64,000 bases of DNA from Trichosphaerium sp. ATCC 40318 (taxonomy: Eukaryota; Protista; Tubulinea): positions 200,456 through 264,455 of the forward strand of contig JALMLS010000256.1 in NCBI GenBank assembly GCA_038496445.1, written 5' to 3'. Positions 11,977 to 25,360 of the stretch are shown in pieces. The stretch's first letter is position 1, and every line of letters begins with the position of its first letter. The translations under genes and the position numbers were made by a program. Under the pieces are notes generated by a model, which had not been told where the DNA came from, searched no databases, and saw only the letters and a list, made by a program, of their open reading frames with translations.

Positions 11977-14335
11977 TTACCAATTTAATTCATAAGTAAC
12001 TTTGAATTGTTGGTACAAATCAGGGTGGTTAACTCTAAAAAAAATCATAAGACTTGCATTCAATCAATAAAACAAAAAAAAAAAAGAAAGAGAAGAAAGA
12101 ACGTACTGCAAAGCAACATGATCTTCAGCGAAACAAACGAAAATAGTGGCTACACCAGAATCTACAATTTGTATGACTTGTGTCATAACAACAAATCCAA
12201 TAGCTAATCCAATAATAGCAAATGCAGCCCACCAGTATGTATCAGTAGTAAAGTTATCAAACAACATTAATCCCTAACATTAAACTATCAGCAAATTGAA
12301 AAAAAACTGCCTTTTATGTACCATGAATCCGCCAGTAATAGCTCCTACTATACCACCTAATAGGCAACCCATAGATAATACACCATCGATAATATTATCG
12401 TTCACAATGGCTTCTAAAGCGCAAAAAAGTTAAAAGAAAGAAAAAAATTCAAAAAAATAAAAGTAGAGTTTTAACAACGTACCAAGGCCGTCTGATTTAA
12501 ATAATCTCCATGTTGCTTTAGCTGCTTGACAGAATGAATGTCCATATATGGCCACTTGAGTAAACGCATAGTGCTAAAAGACAGTTAGTTTTTGGTCCAA
12601 ACCATACTCAAAAAATAAAAACCAAGTCATTACGTTAAAGTATTGGATTAGCCAATCTAAGCATCCAAGAATACAATCAGCGAAACAAGCAATAATAGCC
12701 AAAACGATGTTATTATTCTTTGCTCTGAAAAAGCGAACCTGTAGTGGAAGAGTAAGTAAGTGATTAAATGAAAAAAATAAAAAAAAACTTCTTGAAATCT
12801 AAGGAAAAAACAAAATTCGCGATCGCGATGTTTCTTATGTAACAAAAGTAATAAGCCTTACAATAGTACGAATAGTCTTCAAAATAGCTACAATCAAAGA
12901 TCCGAAGCAAATTGACCCAAAAGATGTTGTTAACGCTCTAAAAAAAAAAACCAATTAGTTACTTGTTTAATAACTTGTTTCAATAAAAAAATTAGAATAC
13001 CTCTTGAATGACGCAGCTGTTGGGTTTTTTGGCATACCGACAGAACCAGCCATGAAATACCATGAAGCATATAGTCCAGAAACACCAACATGGAGTGTGT
13101 TTTTAATAACTAAAAAAAGCACGTGTCAACAATCTTAAAAAAAACAACCAAAAAGCAGCTTACCTTGTGTGCAGTAGTAGAATGAGAAGATTAAGTAAAC
13201 AGCAACAACATAACTGACAACACCGCTTGGGAATCTTTGGCAAATAGCTACAGTCCAAACCCACAGGCAAATGTAAACAGCCTTTGAAAGAAATTAGACA
13301 TTTTACGTACAAAAAAAACATACCATTACACCAAGAGTGGCAAAAGCTGATAACTGTGTTGCAGGGTAAGCAGAAACTACGCCACATACTGTACGAAGTA
13401 CAGCAACAGCAAAAGGAATACGTGAACGCCATAACCAGTACATGAGTATCATGAATAAACCGATAAAAATCAAAATAGCGCCGACAATGTAACTTTCTAA
13501 GCAGAAAAGAAAAGTTACTAAGTGTTACACCACTAATAAAACTAAATGATCTCTCGTACTAATGATAAAGTTGTATGCAGCCATAGCAAAGAACAGAAGG
13601 CAGTTCACTGCGAAAACGTAAGGAGTAACCAAGTAATTCGAACAAAACGCGAGTGACAGCTGTCACTGAACTAGTTTTTCCAGGTAGATTATACGTACAG
13701 ACGATACCAGTGATAATCATCACATACGTGTACTTGCGAAGTAGATTAATGTAGAGAGCACTGAAACCAGCGACAACAAGCATAATCGCTACAGCACTAC
13801 CCAAAATACGCACTAGTTGCTTCTATTATGGCATTAACATAGATTGACCATACATTTACACGTACGCCATCAATTTTGACGCTTTCAATTAAGCCCGTGT
13901 CTTTACCGTCGTGAGCTAACGTATGACCATAGCCCAATAATCCGGCTTGGTTTTGTAAGTTTTGGGTACTTTGAGACTGTTTGGTTTGCGTACCGACAAT
14001 AACAATGTGAAGTGCGAAAACAATAGCCCAGACGATATCCCTGTAAGGTGGAGTGCCTGGAAACTTGTTTTGTAAATCTGGTTGCCAGCTACCTAAAACG
14101 AAATAAGATAAATTATGCGCAAGCTGTTACCTTGCTCGTAATCAACCGATTTAGTTGGTGCTCCATGCATCAAAGGTTGTTGCTGGTTATCGTTATACGG
14201 TGGTACAGGATTAGTATACTGCGGGTTGTACGGCGGAGGACCGCCCTACATGGTGTCATTCGTGTGTATTAATTAGAAACATACCTCCGTTGGTGGGTAC
14301 TGCATGTTTGGATTTGTACCGTACGTTTCCGTCAT
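11977..14335 (-). CDS. Choline transporter-like / PNS1 (SLC44) family protein, multi-exon
   Basis: P/Y/Q-rich N-terminus; RDIVWAIVFALH; RALTTSFGSICFGSLIVAI; YAFTQVAIYGHSFCQAAKATW; DSGVATIFVCFAED. Confidence 0.92.
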
Positions 14336-14709
14336 CTCCAGAGTTGTTGTTAAAAGAATTTAATCAAAGCGGTTAAGTTTTTAGTAGATTTGTGGGAAAA
14401 AAGGCTATGTTTGCCTGAAAGGCTTACTATCCTTTCTCGCCTTGCTTTTCTTGCTAAGCTGCTTGTCGCTTTGAAGGAAAAATACTTGTGCAACCAGCAC
14501 GCGCTCATGAGCAACAAGTCAGTAAACTAATATTAAATACACTTTACTAAAGTACAACGCTTACAAAATGGACAATGGATAATTTTTCTACATAATCCAC
14601 ACGCAACATGGACTTGATTTTCTTTAGCGTATGGAAGACAACCGACGTCGTTTATCGACATGCTTAGTTGGTAAATTACCACTTCGTTTGCCGCCTGTTT
14701 TTTGATTCT

Positions 14710-16536
14710 TATTTCTTTGTGTTGGACTCTTTCGCTTCTTTCGAATGATTATGACTTTACGCCTTTTGGTTTAATTTGATTAGAAATACATCTTGTTGGA
14801 CTGTTTGTACCGTCTTTTTGGTTTACTTACACCCTTAGAAGGTACAACTTGATTTGAGACATTTTCTTTATCATCTTCTTCATCTTTGATAGCAATAAGC
14901 TTCTTGGATTGTTTTGACTTGAGCTTTGGCTTTGGAGCATTACTGGACTAGTGTTAGTACAGGATAGAGCTTGCAATTGCATTACTATACCTTATCTCGG
15001 CTTTGTTAGTCAATGTTGATTTTTTCAGACGCCTTGAACGTCGTGGTGCCTCTGTGTAGTCAATAGGTTCTGTAGAAACCTCACCAAGTAACGGATCATT
15101 AATCCAGTTGTTTGATGGTTCAAATTTAAGTTTCGTTGCTACTGGTGACGGAGGTGGAAGGGATTTAATGTCCACTAATAAGATATAAGTAAGCCTCTAA
15201 CGAAAGACAGGTGTAACGTTGACTTACCACGGGGTTGCTTCAACTCATCGAAAAAAGGATCATCAAGTAGTAACAAGCAAGGTGTAGAACGTTCCATCTA
15301 AAACAAATCAGTTAGAGCAAATTCGTTATTAGTTAATCTATGTACCCTTGCGCGTAGGCTCCTTAGTAGCTTGAAGTCCTCAGCGCTTGGTGTGAAGTTA
15401 TCAGGCCAAGTTTTTTTCGCTGAAAAGAAAAAAACGGTTAGCGTGCTTCTGACTCTGAAAGAGGTGTGAAAAACAATACGTACACCGCAATTCACTAAGA
15501 AGACTATCAAGGTCACCAGTATAATCAAAAACGCTTGCACCTGCCATCTTCTCGTTGCAGACAACCTGGAAGTCCGTCAGTAAACAAGAAGGCCCATGCG
15601 TTCCAGAAATGAGAAGAGAGAACGTACTCTGTCCTCTACTTTAATGCGTGCGTGTCCAAAGTCTGTTATCTTTACCAATAAGCCAGAATCAGCGTACCAA
15701 CGTGAGTCTCCGTTACGAAATATACAAACACGAGATCCTACTTCTCGAAGCAGTACGTTCTACAATAACCGATGAGTACTTTGGATCGTTACTGTGATAT
15801 TGTAGATTGCTACCTTAGCATGTAAATCATTGTGATTGAATCCAAACTCCTTTTGAGCAACATGAAGCGCGAAAACAAGCTGGAAAAAGACTTCTTTGTA
15901 TTGTCTAAATGTCAGAGACCGACGTCGTTCTTGTAGAGTGAAATCAGCGCACTCAAGCACAAGATTCATGTATAATTCGTCGTCCTGGAGGCGTATAAGT
16001 GAAAAAAAAGCGAAAATAGCTGAAAGAGACTGGTCAAAAGAAAAAATCAAAGTCGTACCTTAGCTTTAAACCAATCAACCAAAGTTACAAAATTCGAGTC
16101 CTCAGGGCTACACGAAGCGTTAAACCAATTTGAGCGGTTTATTTTTCCTAGCATAAAAATATGCCCGTTGAAAGTCGTACTTTGGGTAATAGTGTCGCAT
16201 GTGGCGTAGTTTATTCAGTTGTTTGAGGATATAAAATTCTCTGTAAGGTTTGGCGGCTATATTTTTTGGTGACTTCAAATATTGTTTTTTAATAGCGTAT
16301 TGGACTGGAGACTGCTTTGTTTTGCCTTTTGGTTTCTGTCTAACGAATAGTATTTCTGCATCTCGTCCATTTGCGTACCGATCTCTTGTAACGATGTTAT
16401 AAGCTAAGTAGATGCGTTTTATAACGTACTCGCGAACTTGATACCGTCTTTGAGTTAAAAAAGAATCAGAGGTTTTTTTTGGTGTTACAAGTAGCGCAGT
16501 GCGTGTTGGGGATAGGTTCGGTGTGAATGGGTGCAT
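14710..16536 (-). CDS. Haspin-like atypical Ser/Thr kinase, multi-exon (3' end approximate)
   Basis: YAIKK, PYREFYIL, FQLVFALHVAQKEFGFNHNDLHAKNVLL, VKITDFGHARI; basic low-complexity tail. Confidence 0.8.
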
Positions 16537-16818
16537 TTGTATGGCTTACTTTCAGTGCATCAGTCAATGGCGGCAAAATTTTCGAATATCTCTCGTTAAG
16601 ATAGGCCTAACTTAATATCAAATTCCAGAGTACAATTGAACTTGACTGCGTTGCTCTCTCACCAAAAGCATTACGAGGCCGAAAGGTCGGAAAGCTGAAA
16701 TAAATTGTTATTACGTGAAGTACAACCCAAAAAACGGAACGACAACACCTCATGTGAGGTTATAAAACTACTGTATTTTGAGCCTAATCATTTACCAATG
16801 CCTGACATATATATTCGT

Positions 16819-17660
16819 TTACTGAACTATCCTACCGTCCACGTACATACGAAGAAAAGCAAGCTTTCCATCATCTGTCCAAACTTTATATTCACCATGT
16901 AATTCACCTTCAATGTAAGTACGTTGTGCGTGAATTTGTCCATTTTCATGCCATGAAGTGTACTCGCCAGTTTCTTCATCATCAACATAGGTGCAATGCG
17001 TGCGGAGCTGTCCGTTTTCATGCCATTGCTTATACTCACCATTTTTTTTATCATCAACTAAGCTGGTGTGCACATCGAGTTGTCCGTTCTTAAACCACGA
17101 CTTAAACTCTCCATTCCTCTTACCATCTACAATCGTACATACAACACCAAGATTTCCGTTCTCATACCACGATTGGTACTCACCCTCGAACTCTCCATCA
17201 ACCAATACTCCTTTTGATCCAAGTCTTCCATTCTCATGCCATGTTTTGAACTCTCCGTTTTTTTTCCCATTGCTGTAAGTACACTGCATTTTAGTCTGCC
17301 CGTTCTCATAAAACTGCTTGTATTCGCCATTCACCTCACCATCACTAAAAGTAAATTGGAGAGAAAGCTGTCCACTCTTATAAAACGTATTGTACTTGCC
17401 AGCTATTATACCATCAACCATATAGTATTGGGAAGCCACTTGACCATCACTGTACCATGTTATCCATTTTCCATTGCATTTTAGTTTGCTGTTGTAATGT
17501 GTACTTATTGCTGCTCTTTTAGACAACACGTGGAATTTATTGAATATTTCTTCGTCTAGCTCACAAATAAAACGTTGAATATCACATGGAATATCTAATA
17601 TTGTAGTAGGGATATCGTCAGGCACGTTGGCCAATGGTTCTGTCGACAATGAAATATCTA
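16819..17660 (-). CDS. F-box-like + MORN-variant repeat protein; open frame but no in-frame ATG at its 5' end
   Basis: ILDIPCDIQRFI followed by about 9 repeats of GEYKxWHENGQL; the frame begins after an AG acceptor with an in-frame TAA just upstream, so exon 1 is missing or unresolved. Confidence 0.85.
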
Positions 17661-17737
17661 CAAAATGTTAAACAATTTTTACCAGTATGAAGCTGGATTA
17701 GTTTTAACTTGCACAATACGCAAAACAGCGTGTTTCG

Positions 17738-19200
17738 TTAAGGGTTAATTTACAATCAATTGTATTGATTGTCTAAGTCATTCAGAAATTCAGTTCTAGC
17801 GTACCTTGAGACATAATGCCGTGAAAGACTAAAATTTTATTGATTTTTGTTTTTTTATTGTTCTACGCGCTTGTTGAACGTTGAAGTACTCAAAGAAATA
17901 AAGGCCGTGTAGTTTTTGTTTGTTTATCTGGTTTCTATGAGTAGTTGGACAGTGTAAAAACGAACGCGACCAGTCAATGTCAGTCGGAGGTTTTGAGGAA
18001 TCATTCAATCCACTTAAAAAATATCTCCACACTCCTTCAAATAATGAATTTCTCCGGTTTAACAGTATCCCAGGCTCTGAATTACTTTCACAAGTACCAT
18101 ACGGAAGCTTACAGCAAAATAAAAGAAAACCAGCACGAACCATTCATAAAACAAGTCAAGGACATTGTTAACATTGTAAATGGAAGCCTCATAAAACAAC
18201 TTGATGAACTTCTTAAAGAACACGTGGATACAAAAGAGTTTATCTCAAGCGATATCCGGATATCTTAAAGATAAGACAGTACAATGGCGTGATGAATAAT
18301 AGTATTGTTCAACTAGTAGACACCAAGGATACCACAATATTTTCATTATTAGCTGGATGTCGCAAAATCAAAAATCCAAAACTAGAAAAAGTTCATGTTA
18401 ATGACAATGATCTGAAAGCACTAGCAAGTGCTTGTCAAATTAGCTTCATTGATATTAGTTATTGTTATAACATAACAGATGAAGGTGTCAAAGCGCTCAA
18501 AGGTGTCCATAGAAAGGTTGATTGTATGAACACCTTTGAGTGCTTTAACACATTCGTGTGTAAGCTGTCCACAACCCTCAAGGTTGATTGTATGTACTCC
18601 AACAAGTGCTTTAATGCCTTCATCTGTCACCTGGTAACAAGATTTAAGTGAAATGCTCAATGGAACAATGTAGATGATTGTGTTAAAGCTTTGGGAGGAG
18701 TTCATACTATTCATCTATCTTATTCTGATGTTACAGATGACGGCATTAAAACTCTTGCTGGAGTTCATTTTATAGACCTTGAAGACTGTCCTCAAGTGAC
18801 GGATGAAGGCATTAAAGCTCTTGCTGGAGTTCATTATATAGACCTTGAGAACTGTCCTCAAGTGACGGATGAAGGCACTATAGCACTTAGAGGGTTCATA
18901 CAATTAAGCTGGCCCACACTAATGTAACTGACATTGGCATCAAAGCGCTTGCTGGAGTAGTTTTGTGATGTGACAAATGAAGTCAAAGCACTCAAACGTG
19001 TTCATACAATTCATGTTGGTAACAATGTTACACGTGAAGGTATAGAAGCATTAGAGTATGTTCATACAGTCTACACATTTAATTGCAATGGTTTTACACA
19101 AGAATGTATTAACAGGCTACAAGCAGCGTCAATAATATTTAAAGCTACTGGTACATGAGTTCCCAACTATAATTTGAAGTAAATAAAACTATTTCCTTAC
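17738..19200 (+). repeat. Cassette C copy 2 (inverted relative to copy 1)
   Basis: Reverse complement of 4037-5865; homology ends about 15 nt after AATAAA. Confidence 0.92.
18044..19158 (+). pseudogene. F-box-LRR pseudogene
   Basis: 297-bp deletion at 18225-18233 removes the intron and F-box; 18511-18655 is inverted; further frameshifts follow. Confidence 0.9.
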
Positions 19201-19360
19201 TTACCGATTTTATACCATTGCATCCATACACCATGTCGTTCAAGTTTGTCGTTGTAGTGTGTGTTGGTAGCAGCTTTTAGATAGTGTATCTTTTAGATAG
19301 AGTATGAAACATTTCACGTTAGCCTACGTTTGCAACTAATACGGTAACAATTGAGTTTTT
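19200..19360 (-). pseudogene. N-terminal relic of an F-box-MORN gene
   Basis: FHTLSK...AATNTHYNDKLERHGVWMQWYKIG matches FHVLSKRAAISTHYNSKLKCNGKWITWYSDG of 16819-17660; truncated at the cassette C boundary. Confidence 0.75.
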
Positions 19361-19628
19361 TTACGTAAACAGAAGTAGTCATGTGATTTATAAAATCGAT
19401 TAGAGTCAAATACCACAAAGTGCAATGCTTACTACTGGCCACAGTTTCTTTATTTAAAGGGAATCTTACCCGGCTGTGCCGTATATAAGCCTTGGTGTAC
19501 ATCAAGGTAAGATCGCGAATTTTATGCTATGTTACAGTTGTAGTACAATCATGATTACTCGAATCAAAATCACTTTCTAGTCGAAATAAAAGGACTACAA
19601 CATCTACATCAACATTAGTACGCTCACA

Positions 19629-22221
19629 TTAAAAATATTGCAGTGGGTAACCACAGGACTATTCAAGTTTAGTTTTAAAACAATATCATCAACAAATCAA
19701 TGTAGGTAAACACCTCGAAAAAACCCTAAAAGTATTGCCTTACCTGAAAGTTTAGCACACTCCTCTTAAGTCCATATTGATACATACATTCAGCCTTTAA
19801 GTAATCGCGTACATCTATAAATAAAGTTGTTATTACGTCAGAATTATTACTAACAGAGTGGATTATTTACCTTCTTCAACGTTTTTCAACTCTGGGAAAA
19901 AAGTAGTGAAAAAATCAAAGTCAGTATTACTACCAAGCATATGTGCTACACTTCTTTTTCTTCCATTTTTAGGTGGCTCCATACCATGTTCTTTATATTT
20001 CTTTGTTGTAATAAATAACTCATTTATCATCTGCCAAGTATCATCAACACTCTTTTTCCTCTTTATAAAAGCTTGAATACGTTCCTTATTTGTAACACAA
20101 CCCAAAACAATACCGACTTTAGTTAGTCTTAAATCAGCATTATTTGAGCGTATTGCATATCGGAATTCGGCGGATTTTGGCTTTGTAATGGAGTAAACGC
20201 CTTCAATTGTTCCTAGAACACAGGTTTAGATTTAATATTTTTTTTCGAATTCATAAGTTTCTATTTACCGTTACTCGTCAGCGAGTCTACCATGGACCAC
20301 ATATAAGAAGAGCTTCTAAACTTCTCCTTGAAACCTCGGTGCATCAATCCTGCAGAAATCCCAGCAAACATGCCCTAAATATCAGTCAGCTCTGTTTGAG
20401 TTTTTTTTAAAAAAGAGGATTAACTGTACCAACGAAGCAGCTTCTTCATAACTACTGATACCTATGACTTGACCAGCAAAATAAAGACCATTAATTCTAT
20501 TTGACTCGAGTGTACTATAGAGCTCTGAGGGAAAAGTTAATCATCTTCTATTGTTTTTTTTTAAAGCCTTTTAGCGTTTTATTACCTCTGCCTTCCAAGA
20601 CTGAGTACACTTTTGAGTATCCATATTTGAGAATTTCAGCCTTATTGAGTCCTCTTAGAGATTGCACAAACGCTCTTTGAGTGTCTGGATTTAAACTTGT
20701 AGCGAGTCCATTTAAGTAATATCCATTAGGAATATTTGATTGTTCAACAAATATTTTTCGTTGCATCTTTGGATCAGTGAGCTGTAGTTTAGCTTCTATT
20801 TGCGTTCCAGTTAGGTATATTACGTGTAACTAGTACCTATGCTCCTACAACTGGTAGGTCCTTGTAATGTCTGAAACCTAAGCATGGTTTAAAAAGAATT
20901 TGCAACAACTTGATTTTTTACGGTTTCTCGTGCAAGTGAGCTGCCACAATCTTCTTTGCTTCTTCGTTAAAACTAGTGCTATATACAGTATCACCTTTAT
21001 ACAGATTTTTCAAATCATTTGGTGTATGAAGAAACGATAGTGGAACAGGCTCATCCTTAAACTCTATTTCTCTATTGAAATAAAAAAAATCAGAAAAAAA
21101 ACCAGAAAAAACTAGTACCGTACGTCAGTTTATCTGGTTCAATCGTAGACTTGTCAATGATTGGCGGACTACCTAATAATTGGTGTTAATATAAAATATA
21201 CCTTATTGTTACTGTTGACTTACCAGTACGATGTAGTACCATTCTAAAGCCAAGTTTACGCAAATCGTTTAACATTTTCGTGTTCGTAATTTCTAGACAA
21301 AACAAGTCAAAAAAAAACCGTCTCATACACATAGTTATTGACTACATAAAGTTAAATTATGTACCTGGGTTTATAGTTTTCTACAAAGTAACAAAAAAAT
21401 CGAATTAGTCAAAAAGTTTGCTACAGAAATGGTGTTGCACGTGATCATCACGTGATAATATAAAAAGATCCTTGTACCTTTCCACGCGCTTTAAACCCTT
21501 CTAGGTAACTTCCAACAGTCATAATAACTTGCTTAGTGTTTATGACCTCTCCATTTGCTGAAAATCGTTAAAAAAACCCAATCTTACAAAAGAGGAACGC
21601 ACTCAATGTTACTCCTGTTACCTTACGGTCTTCTAGATTTACACTTTCAACTATTGACTTCTGTATAGTAAGGTTAGGTTGCTCTGAGAGCATTCTTCGA
21701 ATAGCTTTAGAGTACTTAACACGATCTACAACGCTCCTTTGACGATTTAGTTTACATTGAAAAGTTTCGTAGGTTCGTACCTTGTAGCTCTGTGTGCTGG
21801 GCCTTTTGAAGTAAATAGCGTAGCTGAATATATACAAGCCTCATCAGTAGCTCTACCCATGAGACCTACGAACTTTTGAGCGACTGGCAGTGTTATTTTG
21901 TTTCATCTGGTTTTTTACCATCCAGACTATCTATTTCGCGAACCAGAACGCTTCTTACGTTTCCACCAATCGAATTACCTCCAATCAAGTATCCTAAGCG
22001 TAATTAATCTTTTTGACTTCTTTTTACGCTATATTACCTATTTTCTCGGGGTCTGGGACGATCATTAGTGTTTTTAATTTCATTCGTGCTGTAACTGCTG
22101 CTGCCTCAATGCCAGCATGACCGCCACCAATGACAATGCAATCATACGCGCAATAACGCTTTTGGTTACTTATTTTTCTTAAACGAGTGGAAACTCCTTT
22201 TTTCAACCTGGAAAGTATCAT
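19629..22221 (-). CDS. Divergent MTO1/GidA (MnmG)-family FAD protein, mitochondrial-type presequence, multi-exon
   Basis: [17 protein letters not shown]; LVREIDSL; NGLATSL; [14 protein letters not shown]; [17 protein letters not shown]. Confidence 0.88.
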
Positions 22222-22594
22222 AATTGATACATATGGCCTGTTGGTAGCTGTTAAAGCAATGTTTGAAACTTAACGAATTTTGTGCAAGTCACTTTCCTAA
22301 AAACTGTTTTTCTGCACAAATGGTACTTACTCACACTGTAAGTTGTGTCAACTGTGCTCAAACAGTCAAACAAAAACAATCACGTGACTTTTCAAGCAAG
22401 TACTGGTAAAAAAAACGCAACAACTTTTGTGGACAATACTTTATTATAGGGTCTAATACTAGCGAACTTCTGATTCCTAGCTATAGGTATGGTACAATAT
22501 AGTTTGTATGGGATCGCAAGGGGTTCTCCCATAAGATATAGCTAAGCTGTAGTAGAGTCAATTTATAATACAAAGTGATTTTTATTTCACATTG

Positions 22595-24590
22595 TCAAAG
22601 TGTATCGAATTCTACATTTGTTGTTTCGCAATCATACAAATCGCTTCCTAATAATTCCATCTTCTCAATCACTTCTTCTGTAACCTTTTCATTCATTTCT
22701 TCTTTAAACGTTGTGACTGTAACATTATACTGTTTCTTTGTTACTTTAGCTTTCCACATGGCAACAACTCTTCCTTTTACAAGTATAACAGGGTGTACAA
22801 TAGCGTTTTTTGTCCTAAATAAAACAAAGTAAATAAAGGTCACAAGAAAAACTAACAAGTTAAAATCTGTTGCAAAAAATGACAACACAAGGCAGAAGAA
22901 AGTGCTTTTAAACAGGCTATAAGAAAAAGGAGTTGCCATTTCTGATTGCTAGAATAGACATATCACTTATTGATTGGCACGTACATCGTTCTTCTGAGAA
23001 AAAAAAGCAAAGGAAAAGAAAACTCACCAGATTGTCCGCCTGTAAGCTTCATCAATAAACCACAGCTTACTCTTATGCGCTAACACTGTCGCATCAAAAT
23101 GTCCTAGTACAATAACAGGCCAATCTTTTCTTGGTGGAATAGATTCATTATCATCTACTGAACCAGGTGCAACATACATTGACTCACCACAAGAAGATAC
23201 CTACAAGAAAGTTTACTACAAAGAAATACTCTTCTCGAAACATTTTAAAACATACTTGTTGTAGGTCATCCTCAACTAATGAAAACCATCTCTTCGTGTT
23301 TGTTAGTGTCGTCCCTCTCCAGTAAGCAAAATCATGAAGTGTAGCAGGTCCATAAGCATCGAAATACCTCTTCAGAATTTCGCTATTGGCTGTATCATAA
23401 TCTACCGGTTTCCAAGATAATGATGGCTTCCACTTCCCACGTGAAGTGTACAAAGTACCTAATTAATATCTCAATTATTAACACTAAGCTAATACTTCCT
23501 AACAATACCTTTTTTTGTGCCAGAATAGCAAGCTTGACCAGTCATGAGGAGCTCCATAACAAACCGGCCTAGCAAAAAATCACGATTGCTCTGGTTCACT
23601 GCACAGGTTCTTGTGTTTGTGGCTGTCCAAAAAAAAGACGTACGCCAAGCAGGAAACAACTTTTTATTGAATCCATACCCTTCAGCTTGGGCTACACCCT
23701 TTGAAATACTGTCACATTCCTCCAACTTATTCTTAAGTACTAACATATTTTCATCAAATTCTTCTTCAGTACAGTTCCTTAATAATGTCAAATTATGCGC
23801 TCAAATGCTTATCATTTCTTATAAGTTTTCGCTACTTTAGAAGCATCTTCGAAAAGAAAAAAAAATCACGTGGACAACACAAAAAAGGCAAGTGTAAAAA
23901 GGAGAAAATTGTTACGATTATCTATTGATAACGAGTTGAGGTACTTCTGAAAAAAGGGAACTGTTGCATTATGTACCATTTCTTCGGTACTTGTTCTCTT
24001 TGGCTGGCATCTGCTGTAAATGCGCTAGAATGTAAACACCAATCATTAATGTCCTTTACAAAAAGTCACAAAGGTGTTTGTTCAAACTGTGGCTTTTAGC
24101 GTACATAAACATGCCAAGTACCCCTTTGACCCCATAGCCTCACCTACAGGTAATGTTATGACACTCAACTAGAGTACGAGAAACATCGTCATTCCGCGTT
24201 TTAAACTTGCCAGAGTTTTGTTCGATAATAACTCGTCAGAGTACTCAGACATTGTTAGTCTACGCTCACATCTAACGAAAGAGGCAATAGGTTAAGCATT
24301 TATGAATTGACCCTTTTCCAACATTATAATCACCCAAAACGTATGAAAACGCTTACCTGTAGTCCAAAAAGCTTCTTAGAACATTCTTCCCAAGTTTTGT
24401 ACTTTTTTAGAAGCCCAGTGTTACGTAGACGAAGCCAAGCTACTTGATCGCGTGATACCTGTATAAACGTTACTTTCAACGGCGATTTTAGCTTTAACTG
24501 GGAAAAGCTAACCTCAATTATACCAGAAGTACGCTTAACACGCTTAGTTTTATCTGATCTCCCGTTTCGTGTAATCTTACGCTTTGACAT
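22595..24590 (-). CDS. AlkZ/YcaQ-like winged-helix DNA glycosylase (HTH_42 family), multi-exon
   Basis: GLQ|GQ (QxQ), LWGQRGT, RYFDAYGPATLHDFAYWRG, LGHFDATVLAHK, PVILVKGRVVAMWK. Confidence 0.85.
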
Positions 24591-24799
24591 GTGTTCACAA
24601 CTGATAAAATGAAAAAAATGAACAAATGCCTTTGCGAAAACTTGCCAACTTTTCAGTAAACTCAAAATTATTGACTTCATGTGTGAACGTCTTGTTCATA
24701 CAACTTTGTCAATGAGTGTCTATCTATTTCTTACCGCAACTACACCTAGGAGCACTATAGCTTACTATAATACATGAATACCCTTTAGTGCTAACTCGC

Positions 24800-25240
24800 T
24801 TTCTTTCTTATTCTTTGGTTGTCGGTTTCTGTACCAGAGTTGGTGTCATACCACCATCTTGTACCCTCCGTCAAGCTTACCATCGCATGATAATATTTGT
24901 CATATCATTGATCACTGTTACCAGCTCTTGTATTCTCCATGTCTACAAGAAACAAGGATTTTTGGAACAGACAAGTTCATTCAAAAAAAGATCCAATAGT
25001 AAATAATATGGCTCCTAACAAGTGTTGCCCATTCTATAATTGACGAATAGGACCAAAGTACACACCACTGAAGGTATAAAAAAATAAGGCTTTCACCAGA
25101 GTACCTCAACAGTCAGCTGTCACTAAAGTACTTGTATTTTTCGCATTTACTTTGAAGCAAAATAAATTTGTAGACTGAAACAAACATGGCGTCCACAGTT
25201 CGGCATCACCTCAATTAAAACTCACATTCATATTGATTAC
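24800..25240 (-). pseudogene. Heavily degraded MORN-repeat relic (partly duplicated at ~40850-41110, + strand)
   Basis: Fragments RHGEYKSW*, DGKLDGGYK, *NGQ and GDAELW; LIEGDDKLW and KYKYYP in the second copy. Confidence 0.55.
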
Positions 25241-25360
25241 TAGGTATACAAAAAGGGAGCAAGAAACTCTTGTTGCAAAGGATTTTCTTCTTGCAGCAAA
25301 ATTTTTTTTTTGTTTTTTTTTTTGTTTTTTTTTTTGTTTTTTTTTTTGTTTTTTTTTTTT

